A program made the translations under genes and the position numbers. Of a stretch of 64,000 bases of DNA, positions 55,203 through 64,000 are shown piece by piece. Under the pieces are notes generated by a model that searched no databases, was not told where the DNA came from, and was given only the letters and a program-made list of their open reading frames with translations. The stretch covers positions 160,001 through 224,000 of the forward strand of contig CAWCLO010000007.1 in assembly GCA_963796455.1 (NCBI GenBank). Reading direction: 5' to 3'. Origin of the DNA: Candidatus Sulfomarinibacteraceae bacterium (GTDB taxonomy: Bacteria > Acidobacteriota > Thermoanaerobaculia > Thermoanaerobaculales > Sulfomarinibacteraceae). Position 1 is the stretch's first letter. Each line of letters starts with the position of its first letter.

Positions 55203-57965
55203 ATGCAGCAGCTTCGAGTCGTCGACCTGGCCCACACGATGGGCATCACTCCACGAGAGCTGATTTTCAAGCTGCGCTCGATCGGAGTCACCGTCACATC
55301 GGAAGAGGACACCCTCGATCTGTCGACGGTCCGTTCGATCATTACGGGCGAAACCCTGCAACGACGCCCTCGCGAGGTCATCGTCCGCAGGGAAAAGGCT
55401 GAAGAAGAATCAACGACGGTTTCCGCCAAGGACCGCCTCGCGCGTCGTCGTCGGCGTCAGGTGGTAGATACCGACAAAGAGATCAAAGAGGTCGTTACCG
55501 AGGACAAGCCGTCCGAAGCAGCGGCCGAAATGGCCGCCGATGCCCTCGATGAGGCCGAAGTCACCGAAGCGACCGAGATGGTCGAATCGGGCGAAGTGGT
55601 CGAGGCGACCGAGGCGCTGGAGGGTGCCGAAGTCGAGGAGATCGTCGAGGCTGCCGCGGAGGCCGATGAATCGTTCGAGGCTGCTGAGGATGACGCAGTC
55701 GAAGCGGTCGAAGCGGTCGAAACCGAGGTGGAACTCGAAGAGGGCGTGGTGCTCAAACCGGCGCCCGAGATCACCGAAGAAGAGATCACGGCCGAACGCA
55801 AGATATCGGAAGATGCCGAAACGCCCCAGCGCGTGCGCCCGACGCGTGCGAAAACACCTCTCGAGCAGAGCCTCCGAGAGCTTTCTCCGGACGAGATTCG
55901 GCAACGTCTGGCCGATCAGAAAGCCGTCGAAAAGGCCCGCAAAGAAGAAAAAGCGGCCGGCAGAGTGGCCGGACGCAAAGCAAAGGCGGCCGCGGATGCC
56001 AAAGAGATCCGGGATCTCCTCAACAAGTTCGAAGAACAGAAGCTCAAGGGTCAAAAGGAATCCGCCGGCCCGTCCCGCGCAGCGCCGCGCCCGCCCGGGG
56101 GAGGCCGTCCTTCCAAAAAGGCCCGCCGCCGTCGGCAGGACGACGAACGCCGGACCGCGCCACCGCGCCCGGCTCGCACTGTTCAGTTCAGAGATGACGT
56201 CAAACCAGGTGGACCGATCATTCTTTCGGAGATGGTCACCGCCCGCGAGCTCGCCGAGAAACTCAACGTCACTGCCAAGGACCTCCTTGGACTGCTGATT
56301 CAAAAGGGAATGATGGTGACGACAAACCAGTCTCTTCCCCATGAACTGGCGGAGGAAGTCTGTGCGGACCTCGGTATCGAGGCGATGGTCGCCACTGCCG
56401 AAGAGGTCATCGAGTACGAACGCGAGGAGAGTTCCGAGGACGCCGGACCGCTCGAGCCGCGGCCGCCCGTCGTGACCGTGATGGGCCATGTCGACCACGG
56501 AAAGACCTCGCTCCTGGATGCCATTCGTTCGAGCCGGGTCGCCGAGCAGGAAGCAGGCGGTATCACCCAGCATATCGGCGCCTCTCGGATCGAGGCATCC
56601 GACGGACGAGCGGTGGTCTTTGTCGACACTCCAGGCCACGAAGCATTCACTCAGATGCGAGCCCGTGGCGCCCAGGTGACCGATATCGTCGTCCTGGTTG
56701 TCGCTGCCGATGATGGCGTGATGCCACAGACGAAAGAGGCCATCAACCACGCCCGTGCGGCAAATGTGCCGCTGATCGTGGCCATCAACAAGATCGACAA
56801 AGGCAACGCCAACCCGGACAGGGTCAAACAACAATTGGCCGAGAACGACGTCTTGGTCGAATCCTGGGGTGGTGAAATCCCGTCCATCGATGTCTCGGCA
56901 AAGAAGAACCAGGGTCTCGACGACCTGCTCGACATGATCCTTTTGGTCGCCGAGATGAAGGAGCTCAAAGCGGTTGCCGAGGGTTCTGCACGCGGCGTCG
57001 TTCTCGAGGCGCGCAAAGAAAAAGGCCGCGGAATCGTGGCCACGGTCCTTCTTCAACAGGGCAGCCTCTCGGTCGGAGACTACTTCTTCTGCGGCTCGAC
57101 CTGGGGTCGAGTCCGCGCGATCGCCGACGACACGGGCAAACGGATCGAAGGCGGCGGACCATCCGATCCGATCGAAGTCACCGGATTCGACGATGTCCCG
57201 GCCGCCGGCGATGTCCTTCAGGGCACCGAGAGCGAAGACAAGGCGGTCGAGGTTGCCAGCTACCGAAGCCTGCGCGACCGTGAGGAAGGCCTTATGGGCA
57301 CCCGCAAGGTTTCGCTCGAAAACCTCTTCGATCAGATCGCAGAATCGGAGATTCGAGAACTGAACGTAGTCATCAAGGCCGACGTGCAGGGCTCGGTCGA
57401 AGTGTTGCGAGAGACCCTCATCAGTCTCGGCACCGAAAAGGTCAAGATCAACGTGCTCCAGGGTTCGGTAGGTGCGATCACAACCAACGATGTCATGCTG
57501 GCCTCGGCGTCGAACGCCATCATCATCGGGTTTTCCGTGCGGCCCGAGCGCACCGCCAAAGAACTGGCCGAAACGGAGCAGGTGGACGTCCGGCTCTACA
57601 CGGTGATCTACGATCTCGTCGATGACGTGAAAAAAGCGATGGTCGGTCTTCTCGATCCCGAATTTGAAGAAGAAGAACTCGGGCGCGCCGAGGTTCGCGA
57701 AGTGTTCAAGGTTCCGAAGGTGGGCGCGATCGCCGGCAGCCACGTTATTGATGGCGTCGTTACCCGCAACGCCAAGGTTCGACTGTTGCGGGATCACGTC
57801 GTGATATTCGAAGGCGAACTGGCGTCTTTGAGGAGATTCAAGGACGATGCGTCCGAGGTGCGTCAGGGATTTGACTGCGGAATCGGTCTCGAGCGCTATC
57901 ACGACATCAAGGTCGGTGACATTGTCGAGGCCTACCGGATGATCGAGATCGCCCCTGAGCTCTGA
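55203..57965 (+). CDS. infB: Translation initiation factor IF-2
   Basis: GHVDHGKT, DTPGHEAF and NKID motifs. Confidence 0.98.
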   Translation: MQQLRVVDLAHTMGITPRELIFKLRSIGVTVTSEEDTLDLSTVRSIITGETLQRRPREVIVRREKAEEESTTVSAKDRLARRRRRQVVDTDKEIKEVVTEDKPSEAAAEMAADALDEAEVTEATEMVESGEVVEATEALEGAEVEEIVEAAAEADESFEAAEDDAVEAVEAVETEVELEEGVVLKPAPEITEEEITAERKISEDAETPQRVRPTRAKTPLEQSLRELSPDEIRQRLADQKAVEKARKEEKAAGRVAGRKAKAAADAKEIRDLLNKFEEQKLKGQKESAGPSRAAPRPPGGGRPSKKARRRRQDDERRTAPPRPARTVQFRDDVKPGGPIILSEMVTARELAEKLNVTAKDLLGLLIQKGMMVTTNQSLPHELAEEVCADLGIEAMVATAEEVIEYEREESSEDAGPLEPRPPVVTVMGHVDHGKTSLLDAIRSSRVAEQEAGGITQHIGASRIEASDGRAVVFVDTPGHEAFTQMRARGAQVTDIVVLVVAADDGVMPQTKEAINHARAANVPLIVAINKIDKGNANPDRVKQQLAENDVLVESWGGEIPSIDVSAKKNQGLDDLLDMILLVAEMKELKAVAEGSARGVVLEARKEKGRGIVATVLLQQGSLSVGDYFFCGSTWGRVRAIADDTGKRIEGGGPSDPIEVTGFDDVPAAGDVLQGTESEDKAVEVASYRSLRDREEGLMGTRKVSLENLFDQIAESEIRELNVVIKADVQGSVEVLRETLISLGTEKVKINVLQGSVGAITTNDVMLASASNAIIIGFSVRPERTAKELAETEQVDVRLYTVIYDLVDDVKKAMVGLLDPEFEEEELGRAEVREVFKVPKVGAIAGSHVIDGVVTRNAKVRLLRDHVVIFEGELASLRRFKDDASEVRQGFDCGIGLERYHDIKVGDIVEAYRMIEIAPEL

Positions 57966-57993
57966 TTCGAAGCGATAGGCAGACCAAAGAGTT

Positions 57994-58293
57994 GTGAGCG
58001 GAGAAACCTACATTGGAATCGCCCACCTGGAATTGCACGTTCCGGAAGCGCGAAGCCTCAAGGCAAAACGCGGCCCGGTTCGAAGCCTGGTGGAAAAAAT
58101 CAGAAACCGTCACCAGGTGCTCGTGGTCGAGTCCGGGCACCAGGACCTTTACCAGCGTTCACGAATCACATTTTGCGCCTTGTCTACCGATCCGGTTGAT
58201 GCGGAAGCGCGGCTCCGGCGAGTCGAGCGGACCATCGATCAAAACTGGAGCGGTAACGTGCTGGCCTGGGAGGTCGAAATTGTCCAGGTCTGA
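57994..58293 (+). CDS. DUF503 (YlxP-like) protein
   Basis: LHVPEARSLKAKR...E..HQDLYQR; lies between infB and rbfA. Confidence 0.88.
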   Translation: MSGETYIGIAHLELHVPEARSLKAKRGPVRSLVEKIRNRHQVLVVESGHQDLYQRSRITFCALSTDPVDAEARLRRVERTIDQNWSGNVLAWEVEIVQV

Positions 58294-58324
58294 CGCTATG
58301 AGAAACGAAACCCGGAGGTGAGCC

Positions 58325-58729
58325 GTGCAGAACCCAAGCTATGACCGTAATGCACGCCTCGAGGGCGAGATCCGAGCTGTGTTGTCCGATCTCCTCCGGA
58401 TCGACGTCAACGACCCAAGACTGACCGACGTCACGCTTTCGTCGATCAAGCTCTCCGCAGACCGTTCCAAGGCCCGCGTCTACTTCTCGGTCATCGGCGA
58501 TGAAGAACGTGAACGCGAAGCAAGCGATGGATTCGCCGCAGCAGCACCCTTCATGCGCCGACGACTCGGACAGAAGATGCGGATGCGGGTGCTGCCGTCG
58601 TTGGAGTTCTTCAGAGATACATCATTCGAGTACGGCGACCGCATGGAGCGTGTGTTCGACCGCCTGTCTGCCGAAGGTCGGTTGCCCGACCCGGAAGTCG
58701 ACTCGAACAGCCCGGAGGACGAATCGTGA
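58325..58729 (+). CDS. rbfA: Ribosome-binding factor A
   Basis: VNDPRL, LSADRSKARVY and PSLEFFRD motifs. Confidence 0.94.
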   Translation: MQNPSYDRNARLEGEIRAVLSDLLRIDVNDPRLTDVTLSSIKLSADRSKARVYFSVIGDEEREREASDGFAAAAPFMRRRLGQKMRMRVLPSLEFFRDTSFEYGDRMERVFDRLSAEGRLPDPEVDSNSPEDES

Positions 58730-59712
58730 CTCGTATCAGCTCCGATCCGACCGACGCCGCCAAGGCCTTCAAAGAGGCGTACAGGGTCCTTCTCACCTGC
58801 CACCGGAATCCGGATGGCGATGCCATCGGCTCAGAGCTCGCGTTGGCTGAACTCGCACAGAAGCTGGGGGTCAAAAGCGCGATCGTCAACCGCGATCCGA
58901 CTCCCGCCAATCTCCAGCATCTACCCGGTACCGAGCAAATATCCGTCGGTGAAGTCCTTCCGGAGGACTTCCCGGACGCCTACGATCTGGTGATCACCGT
59001 GGAATGCCCCGAGCTGGTGCGTTCCGGTTTTGAAGGTCTGACAAAGGTGCCGATCCTGAACATCGATCATCACCCGGCCAACCCGGCCTACGGGGTCGTG
59101 AACTTCCTCGACGACCAGTCCCCGGCGGTCGGCGAAATGGTGCTGCGTCTTTATAGCGAGCTCAACGTCACGCCATCCCCGACGGCAGCCACCAATCTCT
59201 TTGCGGCTCTGTCCACCGACACCGGGGATTTTCGTTATTCCAACGCCACCAGCCGGGCCTTCCGGGCGGCGGCCGAGATGGTCGATGCGGGAGCCGAACC
59301 CGCTTCGGTCGCAAACTGGGTCCACAACCACCGCAGCCTGGCGTCGGTCCGCCTCCTCGGTGAGGCGCTCAAGACCCTGCGCATCGAAGCGGACGGCAAA
59401 CTGGCCCTGATCACCGCCGATCTCGGAGCCTTCGCCCGCGCCGGAGCGGGGCCGGAAGATACGGAAGAGATCATCAATATCCCGCGTTCCATATCCGGGG
59501 TCCAGGCCATCGCCTATTTCAAACAGTGGGAAACGGGAACAGTCAAAGTGAGTCTGCGATCTCGTGGAGAAATCGATGTTCGCGCCATCGCGGCGACTTT
59601 TGGCGGAGGCGGCCACACCAACGCCGCCGGTTGCGCGATTCAGGGAGAGCTCGCCGATGTGGAGCGCCGGGTTGCCGCTGCCATGGTGGACGCCCTCGAG
59701 GCCGCACGATGA
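58726..59712 (+). CDS. nrnA: Bifunctional oligoribonuclease/PAP phosphatase (DHH family)
   Basis: HRNPDGDAIGS, NIDHH, TDTGDF and GGGGH motifs. Confidence 0.93.
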   Translation: MTRISSDPTDAAKAFKEAYRVLLTCHRNPDGDAIGSELALAELAQKLGVKSAIVNRDPTPANLQHLPGTEQISVGEVLPEDFPDAYDLVITVECPELVRSGFEGLTKVPILNIDHHPANPAYGVVNFLDDQSPAVGEMVLRLYSELNVTPSPTAATNLFAALSTDTGDFRYSNATSRAFRAAAEMVDAGAEPASVANWVHNHRSLASVRLLGEALKTLRIEADGKLALITADLGAFARAGAGPEDTEEIINIPRSISGVQAIAYFKQWETGTVKVSLRSRGEIDVRAIAATFGGGGHTNAAGCAIQGELADVERRVAAAMVDALEAAR

Positions 59713-60683
59713 GTCGGCGGCGCCCCTCCCTTTTTCACGGTCTGCTGCCGGTCTACAAACGACCCGGCCCGACCTCGCACGATGTCGTCGACATGGCCCG
59801 CAAGGCCCTGGGCGAGCGCAGGATCGGGCACACCGGAACTCTCGATCCGATGGCGGAGGGCCTGCTCCTCCTGTGCGTCGGACAGGCCACCCGCCTGCAG
59901 CAGTTCCTGCTCAAATGGGACAAGGTTTATCGGGGAGAAATAAAGCTCGGGAGTGCGACAACGACCTATGACGGCGAGGGTGAGCCGCAGGAACCTCAGG
60001 GCACACCACCCGATCTCGACCGCGAGCTCCTGGCTCGGCTCGAGACGGCGTTCTGCGGCATAATCCAGCAGGTTCCTCCCCCCTACTCTGCCAAAAAGGT
60101 CGGGGGCAAAAAGCTCTACGAACTGGCGCGCCGTGGCGAAGACGTCAAACCCGAACCAAAAACGGTGACCGTCCACGAGCTGACGCTTCAAAACACTGAA
60201 CCCGATCTGATCAACCTGGTCGCGCGGACGTCGACGGGCTTCTACGTCCGTTCTCTGGCCCATGATATCGGCTCGGAAATCGGTTGTGGCGGTTATCTCC
60301 ACCACCTGCACCGGGTATCGATCGGGCCCTACGAGGCTGCAGAGGCCCTCGATCAAGAGGATCTCGAGAAGGCCGCCAGCCCGGATGACATCATCGGCGG
60401 CCCGAAGTGGATACCGCTCGAGAAGATCGCGCTGCCCTTTCCCGACGTCGACCTCAACTCAACCGCCGCCGATCGCTTCATCCATGGCCAGGAGGTCGTG
60501 GTCTTCCGATCTGGCACCGATGAACTGAAGACAGATTCCAACGTCGTTATTCGGGGTGCCGAAAATCGGCTTCTCGGAATCGGCTCCGTACGAGCCGTAC
60601 TCGCCCGAGGGCGCACCCTGAACATCGCTCCTTCAATGGTGATCGACAAAACGACCAGTGCCGCGCCGCGACGGAGAACGTGA
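59709..60683 (+). CDS. truB: tRNA pseudouridine(55) synthase
   Basis: GHTGTLDP, QVPPPYSA and GFYVRSL motifs. Confidence 0.96.
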   Translation: MSRRRPSLFHGLLPVYKRPGPTSHDVVDMARKALGERRIGHTGTLDPMAEGLLLLCVGQATRLQQFLLKWDKVYRGEIKLGSATTTYDGEGEPQEPQGTPPDLDRELLARLETAFCGIIQQVPPPYSAKKVGGKKLYELARRGEDVKPEPKTVTVHELTLQNTEPDLINLVARTSTGFYVRSLAHDIGSEIGCGGYLHHLHRVSIGPYEAAEALDQEDLEKAASPDDIIGGPKWIPLEKIALPFPDVDLNSTAADRFIHGQEVVVFRSGTDELKTDSNVVIRGAENRLLGIGSVRAVLARGRTLNIAPSMVIDKTTSAAPRRRT

Positions 60684-60755
60684 AAATTTGCGCTCCGAGT
60701 CGCTTCCTGTTAACGTATCGAAGCCTCCTCGCCACCGGAGGATTGTGGAGAAGAC

Positions 60756-61025
60756 ATGAGTCACTTTGACGCCCAGAAGAACAACATCATCGACGAGTTT
60801 CGCACCCATCCGAACGACACCGGGTCACCGGAGGTGCAAATCGCCCTGCTGACACGCCGTATTCAGTACCTGACGGAGCATTTCAAAGTCTACAAAAAGG
60901 ACTATCACTCCCGTCGCGGCCTGCTGCGTTTGGTCGGCCGGCGCCGCCGGCTGCTCGAGTACCTCAAGGCGAAAGACATCAGCCGCTATCGCCAGTTGGT
61001 GGAACAGCTCGGTCTCAGAGGCTGA
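60756..61025 (+). CDS. rpsO: 30S ribosomal protein S15
   Basis: [13 protein letters not shown] and HSRRGLL motifs. Confidence 0.97.
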   Translation: MSHFDAQKNNIIDEFRTHPNDTGSPEVQIALLTRRIQYLTEHFKVYKKDYHSRRGLLRLVGRRRRLLEYLKAKDISRYRQLVEQLGLRG

Positions 61026-61048
61026 AACTCTGATTAACCCAGGAAGAT

Positions 61049-61104
61049 GCGTATCGGGCCCTCTCACTGCTGCAAAGGCGGCAGAATAGAGGGTCTGATG
61101 ACGT
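61049..61104 (+). promoter_or_regulatory. Long stem-loop in the rpsO-pnp intergenic leader
   Basis: atcgggccctct...ctgctgc-aaag-gcggcag...agagggtctgat pair, with G-U wobbles. Confidence 0.6.
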
Positions 61105-61126
61105 GCGCCTGAAGAATGGAAAAAAC

Positions 61127-63343
61127 ATGAACGTCATTACGAAGACCGTCGAAATCGACGGCAAGACCCTGAGTTTCGAAACCGGGAAGATCGCCAAACA
61201 GGCCGACGGCTCCACCGTCGTCCGCATGGGCGACACCATGGTTTTGGTAACCGCCTGCTCGGAAGCCAGCCAGCGCCAGGGGGTGGATTTCCTTCCCCTC
61301 ACGGTGGACTACCGGGAAAACACATATGCCAGCGGCCGTATCCCCGGCGGATTCTTCAAACGCGAAGGACGACCGACCGAGCGCGAGATTCTCACCTGCC
61401 GGGTGATCGATCGCGGTCTGAGGCCACTCTTCCCGAGCGGTTATTACCGCGAAACCCAGGTCATCGCCTGGGTTCTGTCCGCCGACAACAACTTCAACTC
61501 TGACATCTATGGCATTTCGGGCGCATCGCTCGCCCTGCTGATGTCGCCGCAGATTCCCTTCTACGAAGCCATCGCCGGTGTCCGAATCGGTCGCATTGAT
61601 GGTCGGTTGATCGTCTTCCCCACCTTCGACGAGCTCGAGGAGAGCGAACTCGATCTGGTGGTCGCCGGCACCGAGGACGCTTTGGCGATGGTGGAGTGCG
61701 GTGCCACCGAGCTTTCCGAAGAGATCATTCTCGATGCGCTCGATCTTGCCCACAGTGAAATCAAGAGGATCATCGCGCTGCAACACGAGGTCGTTGCGGA
61801 GCTCGGCATCGTCAAGGACGAGTTCGTTTCCGATCCCAACCCCTGGCCCGATGATTTTGCCGAGGCCCTCCAGAACCGCTGGAGCGATGAACTGCGCGGG
61901 GCGCTCCAGGTTCGAGGAAAATTCGAACAGAAGGATGCCATCAACGCAGTCCGCGACAAGGTGCTGGCCGAACTCGGAGAGGACGAGGCCGACGAAAAGA
62001 CCCCGTGGGTCAAAAAGGTCTTCGGATCGATGGTCAAGGCCATCACCCGTGAAACGATCCTCGCCCAGCGCGAACGCCTCGACGGCCGCGCCTTTGACGA
62101 GATTCGTCCCGTTTCGTGTGAGGCCGGGGTCCTTCCTCGAACTCACGGGTCCGCTCTCTTCACCCGTGGCGAGACCCAGGCGATCGTCACCTGCACCCTT
62201 GGCACCTCAGACGACACCCAGCTCATCGAAAGTGTCGAGGGCGACCACCGCGAATCGTTCATGCTTCACTACAACTTCCCGCCCTTCTCGGTCGGCGAAG
62301 CCCGATTCCTGCGCGGCCCCGGTCGTCGCGAAATCGGACACGGAGCCCTCGCTCGAAGGGCCCTGGTGCCCGTGCTTCCGAGCGGGGACGACTTTCCTTA
62401 CACAATGCGGGTGGTTTCCGACATCCTTGAGTCCAACGGCTCGTCGTCGATGGCGTCGGTTTGCGGCGGTTCGATGTCGATGATGGATGCCGGCGCGCCG
62501 CTCAAGGGCGCAGTCGCGGGAATCGCCATGGGCCTCGTATCCGATGGTGATCGTTACGCGGTTCTCACCGATATTGCTGGTCAGGAAGACCACTACGGCG
62601 ACATGGATTTCAAAGTTGCCGGAACAGCCAAAGGCATCACGGCGCTGCAGATGGACATCAAGGTCGAAGGCCTCAGCCGGCAGATCCTTGAAGAAGCCAT
62701 GGAACAGGCTCGCCTCGGCCGCCTGCAACTGCTCGACAGCATGGCCAAAGCCATCGATCAGGGCCGTGAGGACATCTCACCCTATGCGCCACGGATCATC
62801 CAGATCAAGATCGACGTCGACAAGATCCGCAACGTGATCGGCCCCGGCGGCAAGATGATTCGCCACATCGTCGAAACCACCGGCGCAAAGATCAACGTCG
62901 AGGACGACGGCACGGTGCAGATCGCGACCTCGGACGGCGAGGCGGGTCAAAAAGCCATCGACATGGTCATGGGTCTGACCCGGGTGCCGGAGATCGGCGA
63001 GGAGTTCGACGGAATCGTCCGCCGAATCGAGCCCTACGGTGCATTTGTGGAGATTCTTCCCAATCACGACGGTCTGGTCCACATCTCCGAGCTCTCGCTC
63101 GAGCGAATCCCCGACATTCGCGACGTTTTGACCGAGGGTGACGAACTCAAAGTCCGCATCATCGATATCGATGCCAACGACCGCATCAAGCTGTCGCGCC
63201 GTGTCATCCTCGAGGATGAGGCGCGAGAGCGCGGCGAGGATATTCCCGAACGCGACACTCGTCCCCCACGTGACAATCGCCGCGGCGGAAGGCCGGGCGG
63301 CGGTCGTGGCGGCGGTCGCGACCGCGGGCCGCGTCGTAACTGA
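61127..63343 (+). CDS. pnp: Polyribonucleotide nucleotidyltransferase
   Basis: RTHGSALFTRGETQ, SNGSSSMAS and GDMDFKVAG motifs; KH and S1 domains. Confidence 0.98.
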   Translation: MNVITKTVEIDGKTLSFETGKIAKQADGSTVVRMGDTMVLVTACSEASQRQGVDFLPLTVDYRENTYASGRIPGGFFKREGRPTEREILTCRVIDRGLRPLFPSGYYRETQVIAWVLSADNNFNSDIYGISGASLALLMSPQIPFYEAIAGVRIGRIDGRLIVFPTFDELEESELDLVVAGTEDALAMVECGATELSEEIILDALDLAHSEIKRIIALQHEVVAELGIVKDEFVSDPNPWPDDFAEALQNRWSDELRGALQVRGKFEQKDAINAVRDKVLAELGEDEADEKTPWVKKVFGSMVKAITRETILAQRERLDGRAFDEIRPVSCEAGVLPRTHGSALFTRGETQAIVTCTLGTSDDTQLIESVEGDHRESFMLHYNFPPFSVGEARFLRGPGRREIGHGALARRALVPVLPSGDDFPYTMRVVSDILESNGSSSMASVCGGSMSMMDAGAPLKGAVAGIAMGLVSDGDRYAVLTDIAGQEDHYGDMDFKVAGTAKGITALQMDIKVEGLSRQILEEAMEQARLGRLQLLDSMAKAIDQGREDISPYAPRIIQIKIDVDKIRNVIGPGGKMIRHIVETTGAKINVEDDGTVQIATSDGEAGQKAIDMVMGLTRVPEIGEEFDGIVRRIEPYGAFVEILPNHDGLVHISELSLERIPDIRDVLTEGDELKVRIIDIDANDRIKLSRRVILEDEARERGEDIPERDTRPPRDNRRGGRPGGGRGGGRDRGPRRN

Positions 63344-63366
63344 CGCACAAGCCAACTGAAAACCTC

Positions 63367-63395
63367 AAAACCGGCCGCAAGGCCGGTTTTTGTTG
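63367..63395 (+). terminator. Rho-independent terminator after pnp
   Basis: aaaaccggcc-gcaa-ggccggttttt. Confidence 0.88.
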
Positions 63396-63396
63396 T

Positions 63397-63499
63397 GAAA
63401 GGGGGAAAGGGTGCAGGGCAGAAAGGGAGAACGGCCTTCGCAAACGCCTTGTGAATAGACGCAAAACTCCCCTGCTCCCCTGCTCCCCCGCTCCCTTTC
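63397..63499. repeat. Inverted pair of octamer microsatellites
   Basis: gaaagggggaaagggtgcagggcagaaagggagaa versus ctcccctgctcccctgctcccccgctcccttt. Confidence 0.7.
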
Positions 63500-63555
63500 A
63501 CCTCATGCCGCACCTTGACGAGAATTTCTTGCATTCTTGCCGCAGTTCGGAGAGA

Positions 63556-63575
63556 ATGAATGAGTGTTCATTCAT
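63556..63575. promoter_or_regulatory. TetR-type (FadR/YsiA-like) operator palindrome
   Basis: ATGAATGA-gtgt-TCATTCAT upstream of the acyl-CoA dehydrogenase gene. Confidence 0.7.
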
Positions 63576-63613
63576 AATCTGATGACTGAGAGTGTCACTC
63601 AAGGAGGCCGGCC

Positions 63614-64000
63614 GTGGATTACAAAGTAGATAAGCGCGATGTCAAGTTCCAGCTCTTTGAATGGCTGGGTCTCGGCAAGATGCTCGAGGCAGAGAAATTC
63701 GCTGATTGGGACGAAGAAAACGTGCAGATGGTCCTCGATGAGGCCCTCAAGATCGCCAAGGAACAGTTGGGACCGTGCAACGAGGACGGAGACCGCATCG
63801 GCGCCCAATATGCCGATGGCAAGGTCACCCTGCCGGAATCCTTCAAACCCGTCTACCAGACCATCTGCGAAGGAGGTTGGCTCGGGCTCCTGGCAAGCCC
63901 CGAATATGGGGGCATGGGTCTTCCCGACACCGTCGGTACGGCGGTCAACGAGTTTTTCAACGGTTCGAACGTGGCTTTCACCCTGACGCTCATGTTGACC
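63614..64000 (+). CDS. Acyl-CoA dehydrogenase, 3' truncated by window edge
   Basis: GTG after AGGAGG. Manual translation gives MDYKVDKRDVKFQLFEWL...GDRIGA...GGWLGLLASPEYGGMGLP. Not in the ORF track because it has no stop in the window. Confidence 0.9.
   Translation, partial: MDYKVDKRDVKFQLFEWLGLGKMLEAEKFADWDEENVQMVLDEALKIAKEQLGPCNEDGDRIGAQYADGKVTLPESFKPVYQTICEGGWLGLLASPEYGGMGLPDTVGTAVNEFFNGSNVAFTLTLMLT

Noticed and set aside
55410..57902. 830-aa antisense ORF over infB, and similar long antisense ORFs (5061-6467, 29402-31624, 34602-36281)
   Set aside because: Shadow frames of high-GC coding genes with no recognisable motifs.

Overview
GC-rich bacterial chromosomal window, tentatively Acidobacteriota/Thermoanaerobaculia-like (inferred from gene content; not verifiable here). 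It is mostly housekeeping genes: an RND transporter, argR-argG-argH, sugar-nucleotide genes, TPR-lipoprotein-ispE-spoVG-tRNA-Gln-prs-rplY-pth, an rhlB-like helicase, SulP, queG, infC (probable AUC start), recO, a RomR-like regulator, birA, dsbD, ffh-rpsP-khpA-rimM-trmD, trxA, proS and rimP-nusA-infB-rbfA-nrnA-truB-rpsO-pnp. The unusual signal is intergenic. A family of transposase-less elements has 18-bp imperfect terminal inverted repeats (CACTGCTGTCCAAAACAG...CTGTCTTGGAAAAGAGTG). The full-length copy (13914-14764) carries only a four-helix-bundle (23S-IVP/Avd-like) gene behind a 140-nt hairpin that covers its RBS and start codon. Four deleted or partial copies lie at about 2.9, 11.2, 52.1 and 52.6 kb. 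The two copies with both termini intact sit in CAGGATN heptamer microsatellites, with the palindromic AT dinucleotide on both sides and in either orientation. Many intergenic spaces are also bracketed by paired, inverted 7-8-mer microsatellites that enclose REPIN-like and other repeat modules. No transposase, recombinase, reverse transcriptase or CRISPR array is visible in the window.
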